Origin: Alphaproteobacteria bacterium
GTDB lineage: Bacteria > Pseudomonadota > Alphaproteobacteria > MPNO01
DNA: 64,000 bases
Direction of reading: 5' to 3'
NCBI GenBank assembly: GCA_965248835.1
Contig: CBDFLJ010000002.1
Location: forward strand, 1-64,000
Below are positions 10,645-21,020 of the stretch, piece by piece. The notes below the pieces were generated by a model. That model was not told where the DNA came from and searched no databases. It saw only the letters and a program-made list of their open reading frames with translations. The translations under genes were made by a program, and so were the position numbers. Numbering within the stretch: the first letter of the stretch is position 1; each line of letters starts with the position of its first letter.

Positions 10645-11436
10645 GTGGAATTCGGTCTGAAAGACAGGGCGGTCCTGGTCACCGGCGGGAACCGCGGCAT
10701 CGGACTTGCCATCGCGCTCGGCTTCGCCGAGCACGGCGCCGATGTCGCGATTTGCGCGCGCGAGGAGGCAGTCTTGCAGACCGCGCGCGCGGAGATTGCC
10801 GAACGCGGCGTTCGCACCGCGGCGATCGTCGCCGACCTTTTCACCGCCGAGGGCTGCACGCGTGCGGTTGCGCGTGCCGCCGAAGCGTTCGGGCGGCTCG
10901 ACGTGCTGGTGAGCAACGCCTCGACCAACGTCAGCGGCCGGCTCGAGACCCTGGGCGATGATGCGCTGATGGAGCGGCTGATGGGCAAGACGCTCGCCTC
11001 GATGCGGTGCGCCCGCGCCGCACTGCCGCATCTGCGCAAGTCCGGCCGCGGGCGCATCATCTGCATCGGCGGCACCTCGGCACGGGCGCCGGAACGGGCC
11101 TCGCTGCCGGGCGGGCTCGGCAACGCGGCGCTGGCGAACTTCGTCAAGCATTTCAGCATCGATGCCGCACCGGACGGCATCACCGTCAACGTCGTGCATC
11201 CGTTCCTCACCAGAACCGAGCGCCACCCCGACCGGGTCGCCGCCGTTGCGCGCGAACGCGGCCTCACCCTCGAGGAGGCGGAACAGGCGATAGCTGCCGG
11301 CATTCCGATCGGCCGCGTCGTCGAGCCCGACGACATCGCGCCGCTGGTCGTCTTCCTGGCATCGGCACAGGCCGGCGCCATCACCGGCCAGGCGATTGCC
11401 GTGGACGGCGGCGCGACGCTCTACGTGGCCTATTGA
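10645..11436 (+). CDS. short-chain dehydrogenase/reductase
   Basis: TGGNRGIG cofactor motif, ITVNVVHP, ITGQAIAVDGG; canonical YxxxK not evident. Confidence 0.85.
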   Translation: MEFGLKDRAVLVTGGNRGIGLAIALGFAEHGADVAICAREEAVLQTARAEIAERGVRTAAIVADLFTAEGCTRAVARAAEAFGRLDVLVSNASTNVSGRLETLGDDALMERLMGKTLASMRCARAALPHLRKSGRGRIICIGGTSARAPERASLPGGLGNAALANFVKHFSIDAAPDGITVNVVHPFLTRTERHPDRVAAVARERGLTLEEAEQAIAAGIPIGRVVEPDDIAPLVVFLASAQAGAITGQAIAVDGGATLYVAY

Positions 11437-11494
11437 GGCGGCGCAGGCGTCCGCCTGGCGGTTCGGCCCGCCGGCAAGGCGTGAACGGTCCGGC

Positions 11495-13816
11495 TCACGC
11501 CGCCTGCGCCTGGCGGATCGCCTGCCAGACCGCGAGCGGGGTTGCCGGCATCTGGATGTTGTCGACGCCGAGCGGACGCAGCGCATCGAGGATGGCATGG
11601 ACCACCGCGGGCACGGCGGCGACCGTGCCGGTCTCGCCCGCGCCCTTGACGCCCAGCGGGTTGGACGTGCACGGCACCTCGATGTCGTCCAGCGTGAACG
11701 AAGGCATGTCGTCGGCACGCGGCATGCAGTAGTCCATGAACGAGCCCGACATGAGCTGGCCGGAGTCCGGGTCGTAGACCGCGCATTCGCACAGTGCCTG
11801 GCCGATGCCCTGGGCGAGCCCGCCGTGGATCTGCCCCTCGAACAGGAGCGGGTTGATGATTACGCCCGAATCGTCGACCGCGCTGTAGCGGACCAGCGCG
11901 ACATGGCCGGTGTCCCGGTCGACCTCGACCTCGCAGATATGACAGCCGTTGGGGAAGTTGCCGTTCGACGGCGAGAACGTCCCCGTCGCCTCCAACCCGA
12001 TGCCGAACTCGGCCGGCCAGCCCATCGGCATGAACGAAGCCTGGGCGACCTGGACGATGCCGATCGACTTGTCGGTGCCGGCGACCGTGAACGTGCCCTC
12101 GGCGAACTCGATATCGGCCTCGGCCGCCTCCATCAGGTGGGCGGCCATCTTCTTTGCCTTGTCGATGATCCGGTCGGCCGCGTCCTTCAGCGCCGAGCCG
12201 CCGATGGTCGCCGAGCGCGAGCCGTAGGTGCCGCGCCCGAAGGCGACGGCGTCGGAATCGCCCTGGACCAGGCGAATCGACTCGAAGGGCACCCCGAGCC
12301 ACTCGGAGATCATCTGGGCATAGATCGTTTCGTGGCCCTGTCCGTGGTTGTGGGTGCCGGCGGCAACCGTGACCCCGCCGGTGGGGTCGAAATAGACCTG
12401 CATGCGGTCGTTGAACGGCGCGCCGACCTCGATGAAGAAGGTGATGCCGAGCCCGCGCAGCTTGCCGCTGGCGGCCGATTCCGCGCGGCGGGCGGCGAAC
12501 GCCGAGACGTCGGCAAGCTCGGTCGCCAAGTCGGTGACGCGCTCGAACGCGCCGCTGTCGTAGATGCTGCCGACCGCGGTCTGATAGGGCATTGCGGCCT
12601 GCTTGATGTAGTTGCGCCGGCGCAGCGCGACCGGATCGATCCCCATCTCGACCGCGGCCGCATCGACCAGCCGCTCGATGACGTAGCCCGCCTCCGGCCG
12701 CCCGGCGCCGCGATAGGGGCTGATCAGGGTCGTGTTGGTAAAGACGGCGTTGACCTCAATGTGACAGGTCGGCAGGTCGTAGCCGCCGACATACATGGTC
12801 GAGCCGAGCCCGACCGGGACGGTTGCGGCCTCGCCGAGATAGGCGCCCACGGCGTGGTTGGTCTTCACCCGCATGGCGAGGAACCTGCCCTCGGCATCGA
12901 GCGCCAGCGCGGCATCGCTGACCGCGTCGCGGGCGTGCGCGTCGCTGACCAGGCTTTCGCTGCGGTCGGCCGTCCAGCGCACCGGCCGCTGCAGCCGGCG
13001 GGCGGCGATGATGACCATCACGTCTTCGCAATAGACGTTGTTCTTCATCCCGAAGCCGCCGCCGACATCGGGGCTGATCACCCGGAAATGGGCTTCGGGC
13101 TTGCCGAAGACCTTGGCGTAATGGGTGCGCTGGGCGTGCGGGGCCTGGGTCTCGGTCCACACCGTCCAGTGGTCGGTGGCGGCAGCGTAGGCGGCGATCG
13201 TCGCGCGCGGCTCCATCGCGTTGCAGATCAGCCGGTTGTTGACCAGGGGCAAACGGGTGACGTGGGCGGCCCGGGCGAAAGCCGCGTCGGTGGCGGCCTT
13301 GTCGCCGCGCTCGATCGTGAACCAGGTGTTGTTGTCGGCCTGCTCCCAGACCTGCGGCGCATCGGGCGAGGTCGCATCCGCGGTCGCCGTGATCGCGGGC
13401 AGGATCTGGTAATCGACGACGATCAACTCGGCGGAATCCTTGGCCTGGTCGAGAGTCTCGGCGACGACGCACGCCACCGGGTCGCCGACGTGGCGAACCC
13501 TTCGGCGGGCAAGCACCGGATGAGTCGGGCTGAATTTCGGCGGCGGGGCGCCGAAAGCCATCGGCGGGATGAAATGGGGGATGCCCGGCACGCCTTCGGC
13601 CGGGATATCCTCGCCGGTCATCACCAACAGCACGCCCGGCGCGGCCGCCGCCGCAGCGCTATCGATGGCGGTGATATCGGCATGGGCATGCGGCGAGCGC
13701 AGGACATAGGCATGGACCTGGCCCGGCAGGGTGACGTCGTCGACATACCGGCCCTCGCCCTTGAGGAAGCGCGGATCCTCGGTCCGCGGCACCGGCTGTC
13801 CCACTCCGAACTTCAC
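11495..13816 (-). CDS. xanthine dehydrogenase/CoxL-family molybdopterin-binding large subunit
   Basis: RTEDPRFLKGEGRYVDD, VGGGFG, PYRGAGRPE, GQGHET, GQIHGG, KGAGE; GTG start at 13816. Confidence 0.9.
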   Translation of the reverse strand: MKFGVGQPVPRTEDPRFLKGEGRYVDDVTLPGQVHAYVLRSPHAHADITAIDSAAAAAAPGVLLVMTGEDIPAEGVPGIPHFIPPMAFGAPPPKFSPTHPVLARRRVRHVGDPVACVVAETLDQAKDSAELIVVDYQILPAITATADATSPDAPQVWEQADNNTWFTIERGDKAATDAAFARAAHVTRLPLVNNRLICNAMEPRATIAAYAAATDHWTVWTETQAPHAQRTHYAKVFGKPEAHFRVISPDVGGGFGMKNNVYCEDVMVIIAARRLQRPVRWTADRSESLVSDAHARDAVSDAALALDAEGRFLAMRVKTNHAVGAYLGEAATVPVGLGSTMYVGGYDLPTCHIEVNAVFTNTTLISPYRGAGRPEAGYVIERLVDAAAVEMGIDPVALRRRNYIKQAAMPYQTAVGSIYDSGAFERVTDLATELADVSAFAARRAESAASGKLRGLGITFFIEVGAPFNDRMQVYFDPTGGVTVAAGTHNHGQGHETIYAQMISEWLGVPFESIRLVQGDSDAVAFGRGTYGSRSATIGGSALKDAADRIIDKAKKMAAHLMEAAEADIEFAEGTFTVAGTDKSIGIVQVAQASFMPMGWPAEFGIGLEATGTFSPSNGNFPNGCHICEVEVDRDTGHVALVRYSAVDDSGVIINPLLFEGQIHGGLAQGIGQALCECAVYDPDSGQLMSGSFMDYCMPRADDMPSFTLDDIEVPCTSNPLGVKGAGETGTVAAVPAVVHAILDALRPLGVDNIQMPATPLAVWQAIRQAQAA

Positions 13817-13930
13817 GACGGCCTCTCCCGAATGGTTTGGCGAATTGGTGGCAGTCTTGCCATCCGACGGCCGCGAGTAAAGGCGTTTCCGGTAGACTTT
13901 CGCCCGGTCGAGGCAATATCTACCGCTGTG

Positions 13931-14752
13931 ATGCAGCGGACCGACTTCATCAAGATGCACGGGCTCGGCAACGACTTCGTGATCATCGATGCGCGGCGGC
14001 AGGCGCCTTGCCTGTCACGCGAGGACGTGCGCGCGCTGGCCGACCGCCGCCGCGGCATCGGGTTCGACCAGCTCATCGTCATCGGGCCGCCGGCCGACCC
14101 CGACGCCGATGCGCATTTCACCATCTACAACGCCGACGGCGGCGAGGTCGATGCCTGCGGCAACGCGGCCCGCTGCGTCGCCGGGCTGATGATGGACGAG
14201 CTGGCGCAGGACACCGTCCGGCTGCACACCAATGCCGGGACGCTGGCGGCGCGGCGCGCCGGGCCGGGGTTGATCAGCGTCGACATGGGCGAGCCTGCCT
14301 TCGACTGGCAACGCATCCCGCTGGCGGAACAGGCCGATACCATGCGGCTCGATCTCGCGGACGGCGCGTTGAGCGGGCCTGCCGCGGTCGGCATGGGCAA
14401 CCCGCATGCGGTCTTTTTCGTCGACGATGCCGAGGCGGTGGACCTCGCCGTGCTCGGTCCCAGGCTCGAGCACCACCCGATCTTTCCCGAGCGCGCGAAT
14501 GTCGGCGTCCTCACCGTGCTCGCCCGCGACCGGCTGCGGGTGAGGGTGTGGGAGCGCGGGGCCGGCCTTACCCAGGCCTGCGGCACCGGCGCCTGCGCCG
14601 CCGTGGTCGCCGCCGCGCGCCGCGGGCTCGCCGCGCGCCGGGCAGAAGTCGTCCTCGACGGCGGGTCGCTGGAGATCGACTGGCGCGCGGACAACCATGT
14701 CCACATGACCGGGCCGTTCGCGGCCAGCTTCAAGGGCTGCTTCCCGGTATGA
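13931..14752 (+). CDS. dapF: diaminopimelate epimerase
   Basis: FIKMHGLGNDF, NADGGEVDACGNAARC, GNPH, VWERGAGLTQACGTG. Confidence 0.95.
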   Translation: MQRTDFIKMHGLGNDFVIIDARRQAPCLSREDVRALADRRRGIGFDQLIVIGPPADPDADAHFTIYNADGGEVDACGNAARCVAGLMMDELAQDTVRLHTNAGTLAARRAGPGLISVDMGEPAFDWQRIPLAEQADTMRLDLADGALSGPAAVGMGNPHAVFFVDDAEAVDLAVLGPRLEHHPIFPERANVGVLTVLARDRLRVRVWERGAGLTQACGTGACAAVVAAARRGLAARRAEVVLDGGSLEIDWRADNHVHMTGPFAASFKGCFPV

Positions 14753-15990
14753 GCGCGCCCGAGATCCTCACCTTCGGCTGCCGTCTGAACGCCTTCGAGT
14801 CCGAGGTGATCCGCCGCCGCGCCGGGGAGGCCGGCCTGCGCGATGCGGTTATCGTCAACACCTGCGCGGTCACCGCCGAGGCCGAGCGGCAGGCGCGCCA
14901 GGCGATCCGCCGGGCGCATCGGGCAGCACCCGCACGCCGGATCATCGTCACCGGCTGCGCGGCCCAGCTCGATCCCGCGCGCTATGCCGCCATGCCGGAG
15001 GTCGACCGCGTCATCGGCAACCGAGAAAAGCTCGATGCGGCGAGCTACCGCGCCGGTCCGGGCACCGATGTCGGCGACATCATGGCCGCGCGCACCGGCG
15101 CGCAGCACCTGATCGACGGGCTGGAGGGCCGCGTGCGGGCCTTCGTCGAGATCCAGCAGGGCTGCGACCACCGCTGCACGTTCTGCATCATCCCGTTTGC
15201 CCGGGGGCCCAACCGGTCGCTGCCGGCGGATGCGGTGATCGCGCAGATCCGCACCCTGGTGGACAACGGCTGCCGCGAGGTGGTGCTGACCGGGGTCGAT
15301 ATCACCGATTACGGCCGCGACCTCGACGGCCGGCGGGGGCTGGGCGCGCTGGTGCGGGCGATCCTGCGGCAGGTCCCCGGGCTGCCGCGGTTGCGGCTGT
15401 CCTCGCTCGACCCGGCGGAAATCGATGCCGGGCTGATGGACGCGATCGGCGAGGACGCGCGGCTGATGCCGCATTTCCACATCAGCGCCCAGTCCGGATC
15501 GGACATGATCCTCAAGCGCATGGCCCGGCGGCACGCGCGCGGCGACATCATCGCATTCTGCGACGAAGTGCGCCGGGCGCGGCCGGAGGCGGTCTTCGGC
15601 GCCGACATGATCGCCGGATTCCCGACCGAGACCGAGGCGATGTTCGCCGACTCGCTGTCGCTGGTCGATCAGGCGGGGCTTTCGTATCTGCACGTCTTTC
15701 CCTATTCCGCGCGGCCCGGGACGCCGGCGGCCAGGATGCCGCAAGTCGCGGGCCAGGCGCGCAAGGACCGCGCCGCGGCGCTTCGCAAGGCGGGCGCTGC
15801 GCGGCTGGATGCGCTGCTGGCGAGCCGCCTCGGCGCGCGCGAGCGCGTTCTGGTCGAGTCCGACCAGCTCGGCCGGACGGAGCAGTTCGCCAAGCTGCGA
15901 CTCGACCGCGCGGCGCCGCCGGGCGCGATCGTCGCCGCCGTCGTGACCGGCCATGGCGCGGGCGCACTGGACGGCCGGCTGCACGCATGA
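14749..15990 (+). CDS. mtaB: tRNA t6A37 methylthiotransferase
   Basis: TFGCRLN, NTCAVT, radical SAM CDHRCTFC, HVFPYS.RPGT; ATGA overlap with dapF; dapF-mtaB-ftsY synteny. Confidence 0.92.
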   Translation: MSAPEILTFGCRLNAFESEVIRRRAGEAGLRDAVIVNTCAVTAEAERQARQAIRRAHRAAPARRIIVTGCAAQLDPARYAAMPEVDRVIGNREKLDAASYRAGPGTDVGDIMAARTGAQHLIDGLEGRVRAFVEIQQGCDHRCTFCIIPFARGPNRSLPADAVIAQIRTLVDNGCREVVLTGVDITDYGRDLDGRRGLGALVRAILRQVPGLPRLRLSSLDPAEIDAGLMDAIGEDARLMPHFHISAQSGSDMILKRMARRHARGDIIAFCDEVRRARPEAVFGADMIAGFPTETEAMFADSLSLVDQAGLSYLHVFPYSARPGTPAARMPQVAGQARKDRAAALRKAGAARLDALLASRLGARERVLVESDQLGRTEQFAKLRLDRAAPPGAIVAAVVTGHGAGALDGRLHA

Positions 15991-16919
15991 GCGATACGCC
16001 TACGTCCTGGCTCGGCCGGCTGAGCGCCGGGCTGTCGCGGACCTCGCGCCGGCTGTCGGACGGCATCACCGGGATCTTCGCGCGGCGCACCCTGGATGAG
16101 GCGGCGCTGCAAGAGCTCGAAGATCTGCTGATCGGCGCCGACCTCGGGGTCGAGACCGCCGCCAGGCTCGCGGCCAACCTGGCCCGGACCCGCTTCGGGA
16201 CGGAGGTCACGGCCGAGGAGGTGCGCGCAGCGCTGGCCGAGGATATCGCCGGCATCCTCGATCCGGTTGCCGTGCCGCTGACGATCGATGCCGCGCTGAG
16301 GCCCCATGTCGTCCTGGTGGTCGGCGTCAACGGGACCGGCAAGACCACCACCATCGGCAAGCTCGCCAAGCAGCTCGGCGAGGACGGCCACAAGGTGATG
16401 CTGGCCGCCGGCGATACGTTCCGCGCCGCCGGCGTCAGCCAGCTCGCGCTGTGGGGCGAGCGTATCGGCTGCCCGGTCGTGTCCCGGCCGACCGGCGCGG
16501 ACGCCGCCGGGCTGGTCTTCGACGCCCTGGCGCGGGCGCGCGACGAGGGCGCCGACGTGCTGCTGGTCGACACCGCCGGGCGGCTGCAAAACCGGGCCGA
16601 CCTGATGGCCGAGCTGCAGAAGATCATCCGGGTGATCGGCAAGCTCGATCCGGACGCGCCGCATTCCTGCCTCCTGGTACTCGATGCGACCACCGGCCAG
16701 AACGCCCACGCCCAGGTCGGCACCTTCCGGGAGATGACCGATGTCACCGGGCTGGTGCTGACCAAGCTCGACGGTTCGGCCAAAGGCGGCGTCGTGGTCG
16801 CGCTGGCCGAGCGCTTCGGCCTGGCGGTACACGCGGTCGGCGTCGGCGAAGGCGAGGACGACCTGCGCCCGTTCGAGGCCACCGCCTTCGCCCGCCGCCT
16901 GGTGGGGCTGGTAGACTAG
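15987..16919 (+). CDS. ftsY: signal recognition particle receptor FtsY (NG domain only)
   Basis: GVNGTGKTTT, DTFRAA, DTAGRLQN, TKLDGSAKGG. Confidence 0.95.
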   Translation: MSDTPTSWLGRLSAGLSRTSRRLSDGITGIFARRTLDEAALQELEDLLIGADLGVETAARLAANLARTRFGTEVTAEEVRAALAEDIAGILDPVAVPLTIDAALRPHVVLVVGVNGTGKTTTIGKLAKQLGEDGHKVMLAAGDTFRAAGVSQLALWGERIGCPVVSRPTGADAAGLVFDALARARDEGADVLLVDTAGRLQNRADLMAELQKIIRVIGKLDPDAPHSCLLVLDATTGQNAHAQVGTFREMTDVTGLVLTKLDGSAKGGVVVALAERFGLAVHAVGVGEGEDDLRPFEATAFARRLVGLVD

Positions 16920-17013
16920 CGCAGGCCTGCTGCGGATCGCGTCGGGCGCTTGCCGGCCAAAATCCGTGTTGTTAGGCTCCGATAGCCGACAGGCGTTGAA
17001 CGAGGCACCGCCA

Positions 17014-18213
17014 ATGAGCACTGCCCTCTCCGACCCCCGGGACTCCAGGCGCAACGGCGCTGCGCGATACTTCTCCGAAGAGGAGCTCGCGCCGACGCGC
17101 GCGCGTCTGGAGGATGCGCGCCACCTGCCGGGCCACTACTACACCTCTCCGGACATCTACGAGATGGAGGTCGAGAAGCTGTTCATGCGGGACTGGCTGA
17201 TGCTCGCCCGCGTCGAAGAGTTCTCCGAGCCCGGCGATTTCATGACCATGGAGATCGTCGGCGAGCCGATCCTGCTTTGCATGAACGCGCATCGCGCGCT
17301 GCGCGCCTTCACCAACGTCTGCCGGCATCGCGGTGCCGCGGTCGCCTCGGGAAACGGCAATACGCCCGACTTCCGCTGCCCGTTCCACGGCTGGATCTAC
17401 GACCTCGACGGCAAGCTGGTCGCGCCGTCGCAGCCCCGCGGGCTGCCGCGCTTCGATGTCGCGAACTGCGGCCTGTCGCCGATCAGGCTGGAGACCTGGG
17501 GCGGCTGCATCTTCGTGTGCTTCGACGACGAAGGCCCGAGCCTGGCCGAATACATGGCCGCCGACGCGTTCGCCGACTCCGCGGCGTTTCTGCGGTCCGA
17601 GGACATGCGGCTGGTCGACCGGTTCACCTACGAGATCGACTGCAACTGGAAGCTTCTGCCGGAGAACCTGATCGACACCTACCATGTCGAGGTCATCCAC
17701 AAGGGCAGCTTCGCGACCGAGGGCTTCGGCGAGACCTCGCTGCGCGACGTGGTGTTCACCAAGTGGGGCTGGCGCAAGGTCTATCCGAGCCGCAGCATGT
17801 CGCCCGACGGCGCGCTTCTGTTCGGGCCGACGCCGTGGCTCGCCGATCACGAGCTCGGCCCGTCCTTTGCCTACAGCGCCTTCCTGCGGCCGAACTTCAA
17901 CTTCCTGGCCCGTGCGGACATGATCCAGCCCTGGGTGAGTTATCCGCTGGGGCCCGAACGGTCGCGGGTGACCGGGTTCACCTGCCTGTGGAAGGGCGCG
18001 GAGGAAACGCCGGCGTTCGCGCAGAAGGTCGAGCTTCTCAAGGACTTCGCCCGCAAGTTCGCGGGCGAGGACATGGAATTGCTGCAATACACCCAGAAGG
18101 GTCTGCGTTCGCGGCGGTTCGCCGGCGGTCCGATGCACGCTCAGGAGATCGCGATCCATCACCGGATCAACCGCTATCTGGACGCGATGCAGGGCGACGG
18201 CGACGCCCGCTAG
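17014..18213 (+). CDS. Rieske non-heme iron oxygenase alpha subunit (choline monooxygenase-like group)
   Basis: Rieske CRHRG...CPFHGW; mononuclear Fe site ENLIDTYHVEVIH...EDMELL. Confidence 0.9.
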   Translation: MSTALSDPRDSRRNGAARYFSEEELAPTRARLEDARHLPGHYYTSPDIYEMEVEKLFMRDWLMLARVEEFSEPGDFMTMEIVGEPILLCMNAHRALRAFTNVCRHRGAAVASGNGNTPDFRCPFHGWIYDLDGKLVAPSQPRGLPRFDVANCGLSPIRLETWGGCIFVCFDDEGPSLAEYMAADAFADSAAFLRSEDMRLVDRFTYEIDCNWKLLPENLIDTYHVEVIHKGSFATEGFGETSLRDVVFTKWGWRKVYPSRSMSPDGALLFGPTPWLADHELGPSFAYSAFLRPNFNFLARADMIQPWVSYPLGPERSRVTGFTCLWKGAEETPAFAQKVELLKDFARKFAGEDMELLQYTQKGLRSRRFAGGPMHAQEIAIHHRINRYLDAMQGDGDAR

Positions 18214-18233
18214 CCGCGAGGAAAGGGGAAACG

Positions 18234-19268
18234 ATGGCTGCCGATGCGGATATGGTCTCTCTGTTCAGGCAGGAACTCGAGCTGTGCAAGGTCGGCGCGG
18301 GCACCAGCCTTGCCGTCCTGGCCGAGGGTGAGGTCCGGGCGGACTACGCCGCGGCCTTCCTCGCCGCGGCCGCGGCGCTCGGCGCCGATGCCTTCCAGGT
18401 CAACATCAGGAAGCGGCCGGGCAGCTTCTTCGGCCCGGGCAATTCCCTGAAGGGCAATGCGCCGGCTATCACCGCGCTCAAGGGCGTGGACATGGTCGTC
18501 GATCTGGTCGGGCTGCTGTGGTCCGAAGAGCAGACCGAGATCACCGCCGCCGGCCCGCGCATGCTGCTGGTGGTCGAGCACATCGAGGTGCTGCGCCGCA
18601 TGTTGTCCACACCGGACGACCGGCGGCGCATCGAGACGGGCGCGGAAATTCTGGGCAAGGCGAAAGAGATGCGCATCACCTCGCCCGGCGGCACCGATGT
18701 CGTCTACCGGCTCGGCAAGTACCACGTCGTCCAACAATACGGATTCACCGACACGCCGGGCCGCTGGGACGCCTGGCCGGGCGTGTTCCTCTACACTGCT
18801 GCCCACGACGACGGCGTCGACGGTACCGTGGTCATCGACACCGGCGACATGCTGCTGCCCTTGATGCGCTACGTCATCGATCCGATCACGCTGACGATCG
18901 AGGGCGGCATGGTGACCGGGATCGCGGGTGGGGGGTTCGACGCTGAGCTGCTGCGCACCTTCATGGCCGGGTTCGACGACCCGCGAGCGTACGCCATCTC
19001 GCACATCGGCTGGGGGCTGGATGCCAACGCGCGCTGGGACTTCATGGCGACCGGCCACGCCGGGGCCCAATCGGGCGGCCAGGACGGCCGCGCCTTCTAC
19101 GGCAACGTGCTGTTCTCGACCGGGCCCAACACCGAGGTCGGCGGCACCAACGATACGCTCTGCCACCTCGACATCCCGCTCAAGGGCTGCACGCTGTATC
19201 TCGACAACCAGATGATCGTCGAGGGCGGGCGCATCGTGCCCGAGGAGATGCGCGTCCCCGGCCGCTGA
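18234..19268 (+). CDS. second NicX-like ring-cleavage dioxygenase
   Basis: DTPGRWDAWP, SHIGWGL, LFSTGPN, CHLDIP; starts 20 bp after the Rieske gene. Confidence 0.8.
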   Translation: MAADADMVSLFRQELELCKVGAGTSLAVLAEGEVRADYAAAFLAAAAALGADAFQVNIRKRPGSFFGPGNSLKGNAPAITALKGVDMVVDLVGLLWSEEQTEITAAGPRMLLVVEHIEVLRRMLSTPDDRRRIETGAEILGKAKEMRITSPGGTDVVYRLGKYHVVQQYGFTDTPGRWDAWPGVFLYTAAHDDGVDGTVVIDTGDMLLPLMRYVIDPITLTIEGGMVTGIAGGGFDAELLRTFMAGFDDPRAYAISHIGWGLDANARWDFMATGHAGAQSGGQDGRAFYGNVLFSTGPNTEVGGTNDTLCHLDIPLKGCTLYLDNQMIVEGGRIVPEEMRVPGR

Positions 19269-19273
19269 CGCGC

Positions 19274-20263
19274 CTAGCGCAGCCGCGGCGGCACCCCCAC
19301 GCGCTCGGGCAGAGCGGTGCCGCGGCCCTGCGTCTGCGCCCGCGCAAGCACCTCGATGCCCAGCGCAAGGTCGGAAATACCCATCCCCATGGCCTTGAAC
19401 AGGGTCAGGTCACAGGCTGCCGGGCGGCGTGCGTCCTCTGCGATCACCCGCGATATCGGCAGCACGTCCGACCAGGCAGCGTCGTCCTCGCCATAGCGCC
19501 GGCGGAACTCCGCCGAAAGCGCGCGTACCCCCTCGATGGTGTCGACCACGATCATCGCGCATCGCGCAAAGATGTCCTGCGCGAACTCGATCCGCGCCGG
19601 CACGATCGCGCCCATCGCGTTGACATGCGCCCCTGGTGCGACCATCGAGGCGTCCAGGAACGGCTCTGTCGCGTTGGTGATCAGCGTGATGATCGATGCG
19701 CCCTCGACGGCCTCTTCCAGACTGCCGCAGGCGCTCACCTCGAGGTCGAGCTCTTGGCGTGTCCGTTCGGCGAAGGCCTCGCGCGCCTCCCGCCTGCGGC
19801 TGAACACCCGGACATGGCGAAGGCCGCGGACCGCTGCGCAGGCGGCGACCTTGGGCAGCGCCTGCTTGCCCGAGCCGATAACCGCCAGAACGTCGGCGTC
19901 CGGTCGGGCAAGCCGTCGTGTGCCGACGCCGGTCATCGCCGCGGTGCGCATCTGGCCCAGCGCGGTGGCCTCCACCACCGCGCGCAACCTGCCGTCCTCC
20001 AGCGAGAACAGGACCAGCACTGTCTGCGACCTGCCCTGCAGGTTGACCCAGGTCTTGGTGCCGCAGATCCCCGCACCGGCGACCGCCCCGCCGATTGCAT
20101 GCATCGCGTCGTTGGCCGCGACCATCAGGTGCGCCTTGGGCATATTGGCCGCCTCGCCGGCCGCCTCCAACAGCAGCGTGCGCTCCAGCGCATCGATCGC
20201 CTCGGGCAGGGACAGCATCGCCGTCACGTCGGCCTCGGTGATCCACAGGGCGGTCTCGTTCAT
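19274..20263 (-). CDS. ornithine cyclodeaminase/mu-crystallin family protein
   Basis: MRTAA, IGSGKQA, GAHVNAMG, TLFKAMGMGISDLA. Confidence 0.88.
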   Translation of the reverse strand: MNETALWITEADVTAMLSLPEAIDALERTLLLEAAGEAANMPKAHLMVAANDAMHAIGGAVAGAGICGTKTWVNLQGRSQTVLVLFSLEDGRLRAVVEATALGQMRTAAMTGVGTRRLARPDADVLAVIGSGKQALPKVAACAAVRGLRHVRVFSRRREAREAFAERTRQELDLEVSACGSLEEAVEGASIITLITNATEPFLDASMVAPGAHVNAMGAIVPARIEFAQDIFARCAMIVVDTIEGVRALSAEFRRRYGEDDAAWSDVLPISRVIAEDARRPAACDLTLFKAMGMGISDLALGIEVLARAQTQGRGTALPERVGVPPRLR

Positions 20264-20266
20264 CGC

Positions 20267-20818
20267 TCAGCCGGTGCCGCCCGCGTTTTGCAATCCGCCG
20301 GGCGGGTTGCCGCGGGGCAGCGGGACGGGCTCGGCCAATGACTCGCGGTAGTGGCCGAGCGCCCATAGCACCGAGGGGAAGGCGATCTCATCGGTCGGAA
20401 TATCGGCCCAATCGAACAGGCCGACCTCCAAGCTCTCCACGCCGGCGGCGATTTCGGGCGTGGCGAGCCGGGCGCGGTAGATGAGCTGCACCTGGCTGAT
20501 CCGCGGGATGTTATAGACCGCGAGCAACCCCTCGATCTCGATCCGCGCGCAGGCCTCTTCCATCGCCTCGCGCGCCGCGCCGGCCTCGGTGGTCTCGTTG
20601 AGCTCCAGATAGCCGGCCGGCAGGGTCCAGCGCCCGCGGCTCGGCTCGATCGCCCGGCGGCAGAGCAGCACCCGGCCGTCCCAGGTCGCCACCGAGCCGA
20701 CGACGATCTTCGGGTTGTCGTAGGTGATGAAACCGCAATCGCCGCAGATCAGGCGCTCGCGCGTGTCGCCTTCGGGGATCGCCCGGATCGAAGGGCCTGA
20801 AAGAATCGGCCTTGGCAT
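20267..20818 (-). CDS. NUDIX hydrolase with N-terminal Zn-ribbon remnant
   Basis: [13 protein letters not shown], Nudix box [23 protein letters not shown]. Confidence 0.88.
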   Translation of the reverse strand: MPRPILSGPSIRAIPEGDTRERLICGDCGFITYDNPKIVVGSVATWDGRVLLCRRAIEPSRGRWTLPAGYLELNETTEAGAAREAMEEACARIEIEGLLAVYNIPRISQVQLIYRARLATPEIAAGVESLEVGLFDWADIPTDEIAFPSVLWALGHYRESLAEPVPLPRGNPPGGLQNAGGTG

Positions 20819-21020
20819 GGCCGCACTGTGCCGGCCCGCCGCGCCCGGTGCAACATGAACCGGCTCCGGGCTTCGTCGGTTCCCGGTCGCAAGCAAGGTG
20901 CCGGCGGCCGGTGCGGCTGCAACGCTTCGTCTCGACTGGAATCTCGCCCGCTCCCACCTTAGTCTGCGCTGCCCCGGCCGAAGAACGGCAGCGCGGGCAA
21001 TCGACAAGAGGCGCGAAGAG

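Noticed and set aside
11396-14752. 1118-aa ORF suggesting a giant DapF fusion
   Set aside because: The N-terminal part is the antisense of the Mo-subunit gene; the real dapF starts at 13931
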